A stretch of 64,000 nucleotides of DNA from an uncultured delta proteobacterium (GCA_963766715.1 CAVYBH010000001.1:32001-96000), one strand, 5' to 3'. Numbered from the stretch's first letter, positions 49,223-62,665 are shown. Notes: generated by a model not told the origin, from the sequence alone. Numbers and translations are program-made.

Positions 49223-50509
49223 TCAGGAGATGGTTCGGGCCGGATCGACCCGCGCGGCCAGCGCGGCGGGGGCCAGCGCCCCCACCACCGCCGCCGCGAC
49301 CGAGACGCCGACGCCCAGCGCGAAGAGCCAGGGCGGGAAGAGGAAGAAGGTCTCGGGCCGGAACGGGAAGTCGGGCAGGAGCCGGAGCGCGGCCGCGTCC
49401 GCCCCGCGCGCCGCCAGCCAGGCCAGCAGGACCCCGAGGACGCCGCCGGCCAGGCCGACGAGCGCCGCCTCGGCGAGCACCAGGGCCCGCACGTCCCCCG
49501 CCGTCGCGCCGACCGACTGTAATATTGCGATGTCCCGGATGCGGGCCCGGACGCTCGCCGAGAGCGACTGGGCGATGGCGAGCGCCGCGAGCGCCGTCAT
49601 GAGGAGCGCGAGGAGCGCCAGCGCCCCGGCGGTCACCGTGATGGCGAGCCCCACCCGCTCGGCGATGGCCCGCTCTCCCTCGTCGACCGCGAAGCCCATG
49701 CGCCGCACCGCCTCGGCCACGCCCGGCACGTCGTCCGGCCGGCGGGTCTCGAGCACCACCGAGCTGTAGCCGGTGTCCGGCTTGCCGTACTCCTGGTGAA
49801 GCCGGCGGACCGTCTCCACGGGCACGGCCAGCGAGTAGAGCGGGACCCGGTCGGAGAGTCCGGCCAGGGCCAGCCGCGCGTCGTACACCTTGTCCTCGGT
49901 CTTCAGCGGGATGATCGAGAAGCCCACCTGGACCGGGATCTGGAGCCCGACCAGGTCGAGCCCCGGGGGCAGCCGGCGGAGGTTCCACGCCGGGGCGATG
50001 GTCTTGTTGTAGACCTCGAGGAGGCGCCGCGAGGCGAGCACCGGGATGGCCTGGCCGGGCGCGGGATCGCGGAAGTCCCGCCCCGCGGGGAGATCGCCGG
50101 CCACGAGCCCCTCGTCCACGCCCACCACCGGGACCTGGACGGTGAAGCCGGTGGGCCAGTTCATCCGGACGCCCTCGGGCGCCCGGCTCGCGGCGATGGG
50201 GACGCGCAGGGCGAGCCGCCTCCAGGCCCCCTGGACGCCGGGAAGCTCGCGCAGGCGGGCCACCGCCGCGTCGTCCAGCGCGCCGCCGCCCAGCGCCGCG
50301 CCGAGCGAGACCGCGCCCGGCACCACCTCGACGAGGCGGGCGTCGCCGGGGAACATCAGCCGCGCCCCCTGGCCGACGCCCAGGCCGAGGGCGACGAAGA
50401 AGACGAGCGCCGCGGCGCCCACGCAGGCCGCGGCCGTGTTCACGGCCGTGCCGCGCCGGTCGGACCGGAGGTTCAGGGAGGCCAGGTGGACGAGCGAGCG
50501 GACCCTCAC
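49223..50509 (-). CDS. ABC transporter permease (MacB/FtsX-like)
   Basis: One N-terminal TM, periplasmic domain, R.RDIAILQSVGA, A.RVDP terminus. Confidence 0.85.
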   Translation of the reverse strand: MRVRSLVHLASLNLRSDRRGTAVNTAAACVGAAALVFFVALGLGVGQGARLMFPGDARLVEVVPGAVSLGAALGGGALDDAAVARLRELPGVQGAWRRLALRVPIAASRAPEGVRMNWPTGFTVQVPVVGVDEGLVAGDLPAGRDFRDPAPGQAIPVLASRRLLEVYNKTIAPAWNLRRLPPGLDLVGLQIPVQVGFSIIPLKTEDKVYDARLALAGLSDRVPLYSLAVPVETVRRLHQEYGKPDTGYSSVVLETRRPDDVPGVAEAVRRMGFAVDEGERAIAERVGLAITVTAGALALLALLMTALAALAIAQSLSASVRARIRDIAILQSVGATAGDVRALVLAEAALVGLAGGVLGVLLAWLAARGADAAALRLLPDFPFRPETFFLFPPWLFALGVGVSVAAAVVGALAPAALAARVDPARTIS

Positions 50510-51180
50510 CGCAGCCTCCCGTCCTCGAGGTGGAGGACCCGCCCGGCGGCGGCGGAGACCCGCTCCTCGTGCGTGACCACGAGGACGGTCACGCCGTCCT
50601 GCTGCATGCCGGTGAAGAGCTGGATCACCGCCTCGCCGCTGCGGGCGTCGAGGTTGCCGGTGGGCTCGTCGGCGAGCAGCACGGCCGGGCGCGAGAGGAG
50701 GGCGCGCGCGATGGCGACCCGCTGGCGCTCCCCGCCGGAGAGCCGGCCGGGAAGCCGGGCCGCCTTGTCGGCGAGGCCGACCCGGTCGAGCGCCTCGATG
50801 GCGCGAGCCCGCAGCTTCGGCAGCGGAAGCGACGCCACGCCCGGCGGGCGGAAGAGGCCGGGGAGGAGCACGTTCTCCACCGCGGGAAGCGCGGGGAGGA
50901 GGTTGAAGGACTGGAAGACGAAGCCCACCGACTCGTTGCGGAAGGCCGCACGCTCCCGGGCGCCGAGGTCGCGCAGGTTCCGGCCCGCCACCACCGCGTC
51001 CCCCTCGAAATCGGCGTCGAGGCCGCCGGCGACGTAGAGCAGCGTGGACTTGCCCGAGCCGGACGCGCCGACGACGGCGGTGAACTCGCCGCGGGCCACC
51101 TCCAGGTCGAGGTCGCGCAGCACCTCCACCTCGCGCTCCCCGTCGCGGAAGTGCTTGCGGATGTGGCGAAGCGAGATCAC
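50506..51180 (-). CDS. ABC transporter ATP-binding protein (LolD/MacB-like)
   Basis: GASGSGKS, LSGGERQR, LADEPTGNLD, VTH. Confidence 0.92.
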   Translation of the reverse strand: MISLRHIRKHFRDGEREVEVLRDLDLEVARGEFTAVVGASGSGKSTLLYVAGGLDADFEGDAVVAGRNLRDLGARERAAFRNESVGFVFQSFNLLPALPAVENVLLPGLFRPPGVASLPLPKLRARAIEALDRVGLADKAARLPGRLSGGERQRVAIARALLSRPAVLLADEPTGNLDARSGEAVIQLFTGMQQDGVTVLVVTHEERVSAAAGRVLHLEDGRLR

Positions 51181-52793
51181 GGCCGGGGCTGAGGGGCGCT
51201 TCGGCCGTCCACGTCCAGGTCGAGGATGGCCGCCCCGGGCGCGAGGTCGAGCCGCAGCGAGATGGCCGCGAGCGAGCCGGCGGGCTCGAGGTAGCGGCTC
51301 ACCAGCGACCGCATCACCACGGCGTTCGGCCCGGTGCCGTACGCCTCCTCCGGCAGGGCCTCGACCGACCGGGCCAGGTGATCGACGTCGAGCACGACGC
51401 CACCGAGGCCGGTCGAGAGCGCCCGCTTCGCCGCCGGCGACGGGGGATCGAAGCCCGGGGCGCCGGCGGAGGCCCGCGCCTCCAGCGCGGCGAGGCGGGG
51501 CGCCCCTCCGGCCACGAGCAGGCGGTCTCCGGCGAGCGAGAGCCCGAGCTGGGCCTTCCCCCAGGAGAGCGTCCAGCCGGTGGGCGCGGCGGCCGGGCCT
51601 CGCGGCGCGGCCTGGAGGCCGAGGCGGCGGCCGGCCTTCTGGAGACGGGCGAGGAAGGCGCGGAGCACGGCGGGGTCCCGGACCGGGAGCGCGGCGTCGA
51701 GCTGGACGAAGGAGAAGGGGTCGCTTCGCCGGAGGTCGAAGCGCGGGGAGGAGAAGTCGGTGACCGTGAAGGTGGGCGCGAGCGCGAGGGAGACGGCCGC
51801 GCCGGGACCGAAGGCGGGCGAGAGGTCGCGAACGGGGTCGAGCTGGTTCGCCGCGAAGGCCTTCTTCACGTCGGGCGGGTACCAGGGCTCGAGCCGCCGG
51901 GCGGCCTCGGCGGGATCGCCGGCCCAGCGCAGCACCAGCGCCGCCTCGGGCGGGAGCAGCGCCACCGAGCCCTCCGTCGCGGGCCGGCGACGCCGCCGAG
52001 CGCCTTCCACCAGGCCTCCCGCTCCGGGGAGAGGAGCAGCGCGAGGCGGATCCCCAGCTGGGTCGCCTCGGCCCGGACCCCGAGCGCGACGCCGTCGCGG
52101 GCCGGGCGCAGGTCGCCGAGCGCCGCCGAGCCCGCCGGCGCGAGGACCGACACGAGCCAGCCCGGGCCGAGGGCCGACGAGCGCCCGCGCCGCGGCCGGG
52201 CTCTTCCAGAGGGAGCTCGGCCTCGGGGAGGACGGCGGCGCCGGCGACCGCCTCCGGCGCGTCCGGACCCGAGGCGAGGAGCACGTGCGGCCCCACCGCA
52301 TGCGTAGGCGAGCGCCGAGGGGCCCTGGGTCTCCCGGCGGAAGCTCACCACGTCGACCCCGCGGACCTTGGCGGTCAAGCGCTGGGAGGCGCCCATCCGA
52401 TCGCGGGCCAGCCGGGCCACGGTGGCGTCGAGCTTCGCGAGGTCGAGGACGGGGAGGACCAGCACGGGCGGGCGCCCGGGACCCCCGGCCGCGGCGGCGG
52501 CGCCGGCCGGGTCGACGCCGGCCTGCTCGAGCCCGCTGAGGGTCGAGGGGGTCGAAGCCCAGCTGGGACTTCACCGCCGAATGCGCCTCGGCGAGCTGGG
52601 CGGCCTGGGGCGCCTGCGCGATGGTGCGGTAGAGTGCGCCCGCCTGCCGGGCCGCCGTGCCCAGGGCAGGCACGAGCACCGCGATCGGTGCGTCGGCGGG
52701 AACATAGCGTTCGGGCGGAGGGTACTCGCGCTTGCGGCCGCAGGCCGAGGCGAGGAGCAGCGAGCACAGCGCGACGGCCAGGGCACGACGCAT
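51177..52793 (-). CDS. Hypothetical lipoprotein (frameshifts)
   Basis: Lipobox LASA-C; GC3-biased frames continue up to the ABC ATPase start. Confidence 0.6.
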   Translation of the reverse strand: MRRALAVALCSLLLASACGRKREYPPPERYVPADAPIAVLVPALGTAARQAGALYRTIAQAPQAAQLAEAHSAVKSQLGFDPLDPQRARAGRRRPGRRRRRGRGSRAPARAGPPRPRPREARRHRGPAGPRSDGRLPALDRQGPRGRRGELPPGDPGPLGARLRMRWGRTCSSPRVRTRRRRSPAPPSSPRPSSLWKSPAAARALVGPRPGLARVGPRAGGLGGARRPAPGPRRRRARGPGRGDPAGDPPRAAPLPGAGGLVEGARRRRRPATEGSVALLPPEAALVLRWAGDPAEAARRLEPWYPPDVKKAFAANQLDPVRDLSPAFGPGAAVSLALAPTFTVTDFSSPRFDLRRSDPFSFVQLDAALPVRDPAVLRAFLARLQKAGRRLGLQAAPRGPAAAPTGWTLSWGKAQLGLSLAGDRLLVAGGAPRLAALEARASAGAPGFDPPSPAAKRALSTGLGGVVLDVDHLARSVEALPEEAYGTGPNAVVMRSLVSRYLEPAGSLAAISLRLDLAPGAAILDLDVDGRSAPQPRP

Positions 52794-52836
52794 GGGCCGC
52801 CATTATCACCGAAAAACGGCGAGGGACCTCGAGAGG

Positions 52837-53454
52837 ATGATCTTTTCGGACGGAGACGAAGCCCCCATCGCGCTCGACCTGCATCCCGACTGGGACGGGA
52901 CGCTCGGTCCACCGGCCCGGAACCTCGAGCTGGAGATCGGGTCCGGGCACGGAGGCTACGCGCTCGCCTTCGGGGCGCGACACCCGGATCGGGTGCTGGT
53001 GGCGGTCGAGCAGCGGAAGAAGTTCGCCGCCGACCTCGAGGACCGCGCCCGCCGGCGCAAGCTCGGGAACCTGGTCGTCCTGACCGGCGACGCCCGCCTG
53101 CTCGCACCCCGGATCTTCCGGGAGGGATCGCTCGCCGCGGTCCACGTCCACTTCCCCGACCCGTGGTGGAAGCGGAAGCACGAGCGGAGGCGCCTCGTCG
53201 ACGACGGCATGTCGACGCTTCTGCTCCGGCTCCTGCGCCCGGGCGGCCTCCTCGACTTCCGGACCGACGTGGAGCGCTACGCCCGGGACGCGGTCGTCCG
53301 GCTCGAGGAGGCGGGGTTCGAGAACGCGCTCGGGTCCGGCCGCTTCGCCGAGCGGGACGCCGACGAGATCCCCTCCACGCGCGAGAAGCGCTACCTCGCC
53401 ACCGGCCAGCCGGTCTGGCGCCTCCGCATGCTGCGCCCCCGGGAGATCCGATGA
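52837..53454 (+). CDS. trmB: tRNA (guanine-N7)-methyltransferase (alternative start 52792)
   Basis: LEIGSG.G, FPDPW.KRKH..RR, TD. Confidence 0.88.
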   Translation: MIFSDGDEAPIALDLHPDWDGTLGPPARNLELEIGSGHGGYALAFGARHPDRVLVAVEQRKKFAADLEDRARRRKLGNLVVLTGDARLLAPRIFREGSLAAVHVHFPDPWWKRKHERRRLVDDGMSTLLLRLLRPGGLLDFRTDVERYARDAVVRLEEAGFENALGSGRFAERDADEIPSTREKRYLATGQPVWRLRMLRPREIR

Positions 53455-53859
53455 CCCAGCGCCTTGCCGCCGTCCTGCTGGCCTCCGCCCTGGCCGGGCT
53501 GCTGCCGGCCTGCCAGCGCGACCTGCCCCCCGACGCGACCTACCGGGCGCTCGTCCGCGCCGTGGCCGAGCGCGACGAGTCGGCGGCCTGGAACCTGCTC
53601 TCCTCGGCCACGCAGAAGCGGCTCGAGGAGAAGGCCCGGGTGGCGGCCGCGGCGGCGCCCGGCGTGGTGCCGGCGAGCGCCCGCGCGATGCTCGTCGGGC
53701 GACGCCTCCCTGTCCGTCCGTCCGCCCTCCGCGATCAGCGTGGTCGGCGGCTCGGCGGACCGGACCGTGCTCCGCGTGGAGGCGCCCGGGAGCGCCCCCC
53801 GCGACGTGGTCCTGGTCCGCGAGGGCGGCGCCTGGCGCGTGGCCCTGCCGGCGCAGTAG
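53451..53859 (+). CDS. Hypothetical lipoprotein (frameshift ~53700)
   Basis: Lipobox LPA-C; ends REGGAWRV. Confidence 0.55.
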
Positions 53860-53887
53860 CCGGAAGCCGGTACCCTCTGTTATCTAA

Positions 53888-56597
<2,710 letters not shown>

Positions 56598-56909
56598 AGG
56601 GTCGTGCGGCCTCGCGCGGGTGCGGAGTCCGCGTCACCCCGTGTGGCCTCGTCGCTGGGGGCGCTCGGTCCTCGCTCCGCGGGGGGCCCGGGGTCGCGGT
56701 GAACGATCGACGCATCCGCCTCGGGGCCGCGACGACCGTGGACCTCGAGGAGGTCGCTGCGGATGCGCCCCGCGCCGAGGCCCCCTGGGTGGAGGAAGAA
56801 CCGCCCCCTCGTGTGGCCACCGGCAGCGAAGGTCGCCGAGTAGCGAGGTTCGGTTCGACGGCGCCGCGGGATCCGGCCGCGCCGGCGACGGCGTCACCTT
56901 CCTTGCGCA

Positions 56910-57058
56910 GCCGGCCGGCCGTCGACGCGCGCAGAAACGCCTCCGCAGGGGCGACGAGCCTCGCGAGCGCCCGCGAACGCGGTGCCTCGTCGCCATTCAC
57001 TCCAAGCAAACCCGCGCCCGAGGACCAGCGTTTCGGAGAGCGCCGACGGCCGGCCGGC
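56910..57058. repeat. 31-bp imperfect inverted repeat enclosing a nested hairpin
   Basis: Arms 56910-56940 and 57028-57058 pair at 27 of 31 positions; inner GGCGACGAG/CTCGTCGCC stem. Confidence 0.75.
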
Positions 57059-57219
57059 GGCCTCCAGAGCCTGCCGATCTCCTCCGACGCGGTCCCGATC
57101 GACGTCGACCTCGAAAAGATTCGGAGCGGATGTCAAGCCCCGCACTCGTGTTGGCGCGCTGCGTCGCTTCCTCGCCCGTTGACCGCGCCTCGCCGCCGCA
57201 CCTACGATGCGCCGGAGAG

Positions 57220-57594
57220 GTGAGGCCCCTGACGATCACGGTGCGAACGGCTCGACGCGAGACCCCGGTCATCGAACTGGCGCGGGTTCGCGACGAGCGT
57301 CGTCTGGTGGACTACCAGCGGCGCACGCGCCAGGTGCAGGACGCGAACAAGCGGGCGCTGGCGCGTCTCTTCCAGTCCGGCGTGATCTACTCCCGCGCCG
57401 GCTCCCGGCTGGCCCGCGACCTGCTGCTCGCCCACCAGCACCTGCTCAAGGTGGCCGATCTCCTGTCGCGGCTCGGCGAGATGGATTCGCCGGAGCGCTT
57501 CGACGCCGAGGCCGTCTACGACGAGGTCCACGCGCTGCTCTCGCGGACCACCGCCCTGTCCGCGCGCTCCGACGGGATCCTGGCGCGGAAGTAG
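57220..57594 (+). CDS. Hypothetical helical protein (start uncertain)
   Basis: GC3-biased ORF (VIELARVR...LLAHQHLLK); upstream TTGACC-18bp-TACGAT. Confidence 0.6.
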   Translation: MRPLTITVRTARRETPVIELARVRDERRLVDYQRRTRQVQDANKRALARLFQSGVIYSRAGSRLARDLLLAHQHLLKVADLLSRLGEMDSPERFDAEAVYDEVHALLSRTTALSARSDGILARK

Positions 57595-57600
57595 CGGCGC

Positions 57601-58359
57601 TCAGGGCTCGAGGCGGGGCCCTTCCTCGACAATCACCGAGCGCGGGAAGTTGCCGTAGTTCTCCAGGCACTCCCGTGCGGTGCCGCGGACCCAGATGCTG
57701 ACCGTGTGGTGGCCGGCGCCGGTGCGACCGAAGAGCGTGGAGACCGTCACCGGCGAGGAGCCGCCGGTGCTGCTCGGCGGGACGTAGACCACCGCGCGGC
57801 CGCCGCCGCCGTCCCGGTCGGTGTCCGGCTTGCCGTCCACGCGGATCTGGAAGTCGCAGAAGGTGCCCGGCTCGCCCATGGCGTCGACGTGGGTGTTCCA
57901 GCTGAGGAGCACGGTCGAGGTGGCCGAGTTCTTGGTGAAGATGCCGAGGTCGCGCAGGGGGACGTAGCGCGCGGTCACCGAGGAGGTGTCGCTCCCGTCG
58001 GTGTACTCGATGCGCCGGCGGGGCGCGGCCACGTCGGCGACGCGGGTCTCGAGGGTGGACATGCGCTGCTGGGTCTGGCCGTCCTGCTCCACGACCTGGG
58101 TCTTCACCTCGCCGAGCTGCGCCTGCTGCACGAGCGCGGCTCCCTGCAGCGAGGCCTGGGTGCTCTCGACCTGCTTCACCTTCTGGGAGAGCTCCCGCAG
58201 CGCGGCCTCGACGTCGGTGGACTTGAGGTCCGTCCCCTCCGGCGCGAACTGGAGCTGGCGGGCCTGGCGGGGGGCGGAGCCCAGGAACCAGGCGGTCGCG
58301 GGAACGGCGATGGCGGCCCCGAGCGCGAGCCAGGCGAGGATGGTGAGCTTCGCTTTCAT
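57601..58359 (-). CDS. Hypothetical membrane-anchored protein (coiled coil plus beta domain)
   Basis: N-terminal TM, Gln-rich coiled coil, beta-rich C-terminal domain with two Cys. Confidence 0.7.
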   Translation of the reverse strand: MKAKLTILAWLALGAAIAVPATAWFLGSAPRQARQLQFAPEGTDLKSTDVEAALRELSQKVKQVESTQASLQGAALVQQAQLGEVKTQVVEQDGQTQQRMSTLETRVADVAAPRRRIEYTDGSDTSSVTARYVPLRDLGIFTKNSATSTVLLSWNTHVDAMGEPGTFCDFQIRVDGKPDTDRDGGGGRAVVYVPPSSTGGSSPVTVSTLFGRTGAGHHTVSIWVRGTARECLENYGNFPRSVIVEEGPRLEP

Positions 58360-58414
58360 GGTCCGGGCGCGGATTGGAGCACAGGCCCCGGCCGGGAGTC
58401 GAGCCCCGATGGGA

Positions 58415-59404
58415 TCACTTGCCGGCCGGCGCCCGCCCGGCCTGCTCGATCCGCGACAGGACGGCCGGATCCGCGGGAAGGAGCCCCGAGGCCGGGAGCC
58501 GGGGGACGAGGGTCCGCCAGGCCGGATCGAGCGCGTAGGCGCGGGCGAAGAGGGGGAGCGAGCGGTCGACCTGCCCGGCCATGGCGAGGGCGGCCGCGTA
58601 CCAGAACACCACCTCCGCGCTGTCGGGGAGGAGCTTCATGGCCTCCCCGTACTCCCGCTCGGCCGCCGGGACGTCGTTCTTCTCCACGGCCAGGTCGCCG
58701 GCGTTCATGTGCCGGTAGGCGCGGGCCACGTGGAGGAGGCGGCGCAGCTCCTCGAGCGGCCGAGGGTGGTCCTCCACGCGCAGGTCGAAGATCCGGTCGG
58801 CCCAGGGGCGGCCGCTCCGGGCGCCGGGCACGACCACGATGGCGGCCGACTGCTGGCCGCGGATGTCGCCCCCCACCGCCTGCGCGGCCTCGAGCGCCGC
58901 GAGCATGCGCTCGGCCAGGTCGCCCTTCGCGGTCTCGAAGGCCCTGGCCATGGCGGGCCAGACCTTGTCGTTCGCCATGAGGTTCGCCTGGACCGAGTAC
59001 CCCTTGCCCACGTGCTGGCCGGCGGCCTGGATGTCCTTCCTCCCGGTGTGCGCGGCCACGCGCCCCTGCGCGTCGACCATGGCCACCTGCCGGACCTCCC
59101 GCTCCGGGTCGGCGGCGAGGAGGCCGGCGAGCGCGTCGGGGGCGCTGCGCCCGGCCCGCATCAGGTCCAGGCCGAGAGGCCCGTAGCTCGGATCCACGAA
59201 GGACTGGGTGGCGATGGCGCCCACGCCGGCCTCGGCCCAGGGAACGGTCGAGCCGACCGAGAACCAGTGGGACTGCACGGCCACGCCCATCTCGCCGGTG
59301 GCCGGATCGTGGGCCACGATGGAGTAGGTGTGGACGGGGCGGCGCGGCGTCTCGGGAGCGGCGGCGGCGGCCAGGGCGGCGAGCGCGATCGGTGCGAGGA
59401 GCAT
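58415..59404 (-). CDS. DUF1028 Ntn-hydrolase-like protein with C-terminal TPR
   Basis: HTYSIVA.D..TG.MGVAVQS, GGD.RG.QSAA, DLRVEDH. Confidence 0.85.
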   Translation of the reverse strand: MLLAPIALAALAAAAAPETPRRPVHTYSIVAHDPATGEMGVAVQSHWFSVGSTVPWAEAGVGAIATQSFVDPSYGPLGLDLMRAGRSAPDALAGLLAADPEREVRQVAMVDAQGRVAAHTGRKDIQAAGQHVGKGYSVQANLMANDKVWPAMARAFETAKGDLAERMLAALEAAQAVGGDIRGQQSAAIVVVPGARSGRPWADRIFDLRVEDHPRPLEELRRLLHVARAYRHMNAGDLAVEKNDVPAAEREYGEAMKLLPDSAEVVFWYAAALAMAGQVDRSLPLFARAYALDPAWRTLVPRLPASGLLPADPAVLSRIEQAGRAPAGK

Positions 59405-59430
59405 GGCCGGAGTGTATACCGGGGAGCGCC

Positions 59431-60060
59431 ATGCCCCACGACCGCTCCGCCGCCTGGGCCCTCCTCGCCGAGTTCACGCCGTCCCAGCCGCTGCGCCGTC
59501 ACGCGCTGTCGGTGGAGGCCACCATGCGGGAGCTGGCCCGGAGCCGCGGCGTGTCCGACCCGGCCGAGGTCGAGACCTGGGGCGTGGTCGGCCTGCTGCA
59601 CGACTTCGACTACGAGCGGTTCCCGACCGAGGCGGACCACGTCTGGCGCGGGATGGAGATCCTCCGGGAGCGGGGCTGGCCGGAGCCGGTGATCCGCGCC
59701 GTGGGCGCCCACGCCTTCTACACCGGCATCGAGCGGGTCGCGCCCGTCGAGAAGGCCATCCTGGCCGCCGACGAGCTCTCCGGGTTCGTGGGCGCGTGCG
59801 CGCTCGTCCGCCCCTCGAAGCGCATCGCCGACGTGCCCGTGGAGTCGGTGGTGAAGAGGATGAAGGAGAAGGCCTTCGCCCGCTCGGTGGACCGCGGCTA
59901 CATCACGCGCGGCGCCGAGGAATGGGGGACGCCGCTTCCCGAGCTGGTGGCGCTCGTCCTGCGCGCGCAGGTGGCCATCGCGGCGACGCTCGGGCTCGAC
60001 GGCTCGCCCGCGGCCGATCTCCCGGACTCGCCCGTCCCGCCGGTCCCGCCGGCCCCGTAG
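59431..60060 (+). CDS. HD/HDIG-domain phosphohydrolase
   Basis: LRRH...VE, GLLHDFDYE, DELSG, F.RSVDR. Confidence 0.85.
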   Translation: MPHDRSAAWALLAEFTPSQPLRRHALSVEATMRELARSRGVSDPAEVETWGVVGLLHDFDYERFPTEADHVWRGMEILRERGWPEPVIRAVGAHAFYTGIERVAPVEKAILAADELSGFVGACALVRPSKRIADVPVESVVKRMKEKAFARSVDRGYITRGAEEWGTPLPELVALVLRAQVAIAATLGLDGSPAADLPDSPVPPVPPAP

Positions 60061-60152
60061 GATCCGGGAGCACGCGCATCCGGGGACTGCACCTCGGGGA
60101 GCGCCCCCGCGGCGGCACGGGCCAGCCGGCGGGGAAGGCGAACCGGGAACGG

Positions 60153-61415
60153 CTACCCGTCCTTCGCCTGCCCACCCCGTCGCAGGAACGCCGGGATGTC
60201 GTACTGGTCGTCCTCGCCGGGCGTGTACGGCCCGACGTCGCGGGAGGCGCGGACCGGGGCGGTGCGGGGGCGAGGCGCCGGAGCCGGCTCCTCGGGCGGC
60301 GCCACCGCGCGCGACGGCGCCGGGCGGGCCGGCATCGAGCGAGGCTCCGCGGCGGTGCGCGCTGCGGGGGGAGCGGGGGAGGGGCTTCCCGGCGCGCGGC
60401 CACCACCGAGCACCGGCAGGGCCGCCTGGCGGGGGATGCCGCCGCGGGGGCGCGCGCCCTCGGCCTTGGCGAAGCCGGTGGCGATGACGGTGATCTTCAC
60501 CTCGCCGTCCATCCGCTCGTCGACGACCGAGCCGAAGATGATGTTGGCGTCGGGATCGGCGGCGGCCTGGGCCATCGACACGGCCTCGTCGACCTCGTGG
60601 AGCGTCAGCGAGGCGCCGCCGGTGATGTTCACCAGCAGTCCCATGGCGCCGTCGAGGGTGACGTCCTCGAGGAGCGGGGAGCTGATGGCGGCCTGCATGG
60701 CCTCGGTGGCGCGGTTCGGCCCGGAGGAGCGTCCCGTTCCCATGAGCGCCATGCCCTGCTCGGCCATGATGGTGCGCACGTCGGCGAAGTCGACGTTGAC
60801 GAGGCCGTGCACGGTGATCAGGTCGGAGATGCCCTGGACCGCGTGGAGCAGCACCTCGTCGGCCCGCTTGAAGGCGTCGGCGAGCGACATGCTCTCGCCG
60901 GCCACGGAGAGCAGCCGCTGGTTGGGGATGACGATGAGCGTGTCCACCGCCGCCCGCAGCTCCTCGATGCCGGCCTCGGCCTGCTTGCGGCGGCGGTTGC
61001 CCTCGAAGAGGAAGGGCTTCGTCACCACGCCCACGGTGAGCGCGCCGGCCTGCTTGGCGATGTCGGCGATGATCGGGGCGCCGCCGGTGCCGGTGCCGCC
61101 CCCCATGCCGGCGGTGACGAACACCATGTCGGCCCCGGCGAGGACCTCGGCGATGGCGTCCTTCACCTCGAGCGCGGAGTCGCGGCCGCGGTCGGGGTTG
61201 GCCCCGGCGCCCAGGCCCCGGGAGACGCTCTTGCCCAGCTGGAGCTTGGTGTGCGCCTTGTTGGCGGCGAGCGCCTGCACGTCGGTGTTGGCGGCGATGA
61301 ACTCCACGCCCTCCAGCCGTCCGGCCACCATGGTGTTGATGGCGTTGCCTCCGCCACCCCCCACGCCGATGACCTTGATCTTCGCGGCCGTTTCCTTGCT
61401 GTCGAAGTCGATCAT
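60153..61415 (-). CDS. ftsZ: Cell division protein FtsZ
   Basis: [31 protein letters not shown]. Confidence 0.98.
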   Translation of the reverse strand: MIDFDSKETAAKIKVIGVGGGGGNAINTMVAGRLEGVEFIAANTDVQALAANKAHTKLQLGKSVSRGLGAGANPDRGRDSALEVKDAIAEVLAGADMVFVTAGMGGGTGTGGAPIIADIAKQAGALTVGVVTKPFLFEGNRRRKQAEAGIEELRAAVDTLIVIPNQRLLSVAGESMSLADAFKRADEVLLHAVQGISDLITVHGLVNVDFADVRTIMAEQGMALMGTGRSSGPNRATEAMQAAISSPLLEDVTLDGAMGLLVNITGGASLTLHEVDEAVSMAQAAADPDANIIFGSVVDERMDGEVKITVIATGFAKAEGARPRGGIPRQAALPVLGGGRAPGSPSPAPPAARTAAEPRSMPARPAPSRAVAPPEEPAPAPRPRTAPVRASRDVGPYTPGEDDQYDIPAFLRRGGQAKDG

Positions 61416-61432
61416 GTCGGGTCCCCTGGGGG

Positions 61433-62662
61433 CTAGAAGATCTCGCCCAGCCATTCCTTCATCCGGTTCTTGACCTTGCGGTAGACGTTCTCCTCGCGGA
61501 TCTTGAAGTACGGGCTGCCCGCTCCCTGCTGGGCGCCGTAGATCACCAGTCCGACCGCGGTGGCGTACATCGGGCTCTTCACCACGTCGACGAGGCCGCC
61601 GATGCCCCGGGGCATCCCCCGGCGGACCGGCACGCCGAGGACCTCCTCGGCCATCTCGGTCATCCCGGCGAGCAGGGTGGACCCGCCGGTGATCACCACG
61701 CCGGAGGCGATGCCCTCCTCGACGCCGCACTTCTGGATCTCGTGCTGGACCAGCATGAAGATCTCCTCCACGCGAGGCTCGATGATCTCGGCGACGATCT
61801 GCCGGGAGAGCACGCGGGGCTGGCCGCCGCCGACGCTGGGGACCTCGATGGTCTCGCCGCGGTCGACCATGTTCGCCATGGCGCAGCCGTAGGCCTTCTT
61901 GATGCGCTCGGCCTCGTGGGTGGGCGTGCGCAGCCCGACGGCCACGTCGTTCGTGAGGTGGTTGCCGCCCAGCGCCAGCACCGCCGTGTGGCTGATGGCG
62001 CCGTTCGTGAAGATGGCGATGTCGGTGGTGCCGCCGCCGATGTCCACCAGGCAGACGCCCAGCTCCTTCTCGTCGTCGGACAGGGTGGCGAGCGAGCTGG
62101 CCAGCGGCTGCAGCACGATGTCGGCCACGTTGAGGCCGGTGCGCTGCGCGCACTTGACGATGTTCTGCGCCGAGGAGACCGCGCCGGTCACGATGAGCGC
62201 CTTCGCCTCCAGGCGGACGCCGCTCATGCCCACCGGCTCCCGGACCCCGTCCTGGTCGTCGACGAGGAACTCCTGGGGCAGGACGTGGATGACCTCGCGG
62301 TCGAGCGGGATGGCCACGGCCTTGGCCTGGTCGATCACGCGATCCACGTCCGACTGCCGGACCTCCTTCTCCTTGATGGCCACCACCCCGTGCGAGGGGA
62401 AGGCCTTCACGTGGCCGCCGGCGATGCCGGTGTAGACCGTGGTGATCTCGCACCCGGCCATGTGCTCGGCCTCCTCGATGGCCCGCTTGATCGAGGCGAC
62501 CGTGGCGTCGATGTTGACCACCACGCCCTTCCGCAGCCCCTTGGAAGGGTGCGTCCCGATGCCGATGATGTCGATGCCCTCGTCGGTGACCTCGCCGACG
62601 ATTGCGCAGATCTTGGTGGTCCCGATGTCGAGACCGACCAGGATGTCCCCAGTCTTCGCCAT
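61433..62662 (-). CDS. ftsA: Cell division protein FtsA
   Basis: [18 protein letters not shown]-terminal amphipathic KEWLGEIF. Confidence 0.98.
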   Translation of the reverse strand: MAKTGDILVGLDIGTTKICAIVGEVTDEGIDIIGIGTHPSKGLRKGVVVNIDATVASIKRAIEEAEHMAGCEITTVYTGIAGGHVKAFPSHGVVAIKEKEVRQSDVDRVIDQAKAVAIPLDREVIHVLPQEFLVDDQDGVREPVGMSGVRLEAKALIVTGAVSSAQNIVKCAQRTGLNVADIVLQPLASSLATLSDDEKELGVCLVDIGGGTTDIAIFTNGAISHTAVLALGGNHLTNDVAVGLRTPTHEAERIKKAYGCAMANMVDRGETIEVPSVGGGQPRVLSRQIVAEIIEPRVEEIFMLVQHEIQKCGVEEGIASGVVITGGSTLLAGMTEMAEEVLGVPVRRGMPRGIGGLVDVVKSPMYATAVGLVIYGAQQGAGSPYFKIREENVYRKVKNRMKEWLGEIF

Positions 62663-62665
62663 GTC

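Noticed and set aside
52791..52794. Two divergent genes sharing one CATG as start codons
   Set aside because: trmB more plausibly starts at 52837 after GAGAGG, which leaves a normal small spacer.
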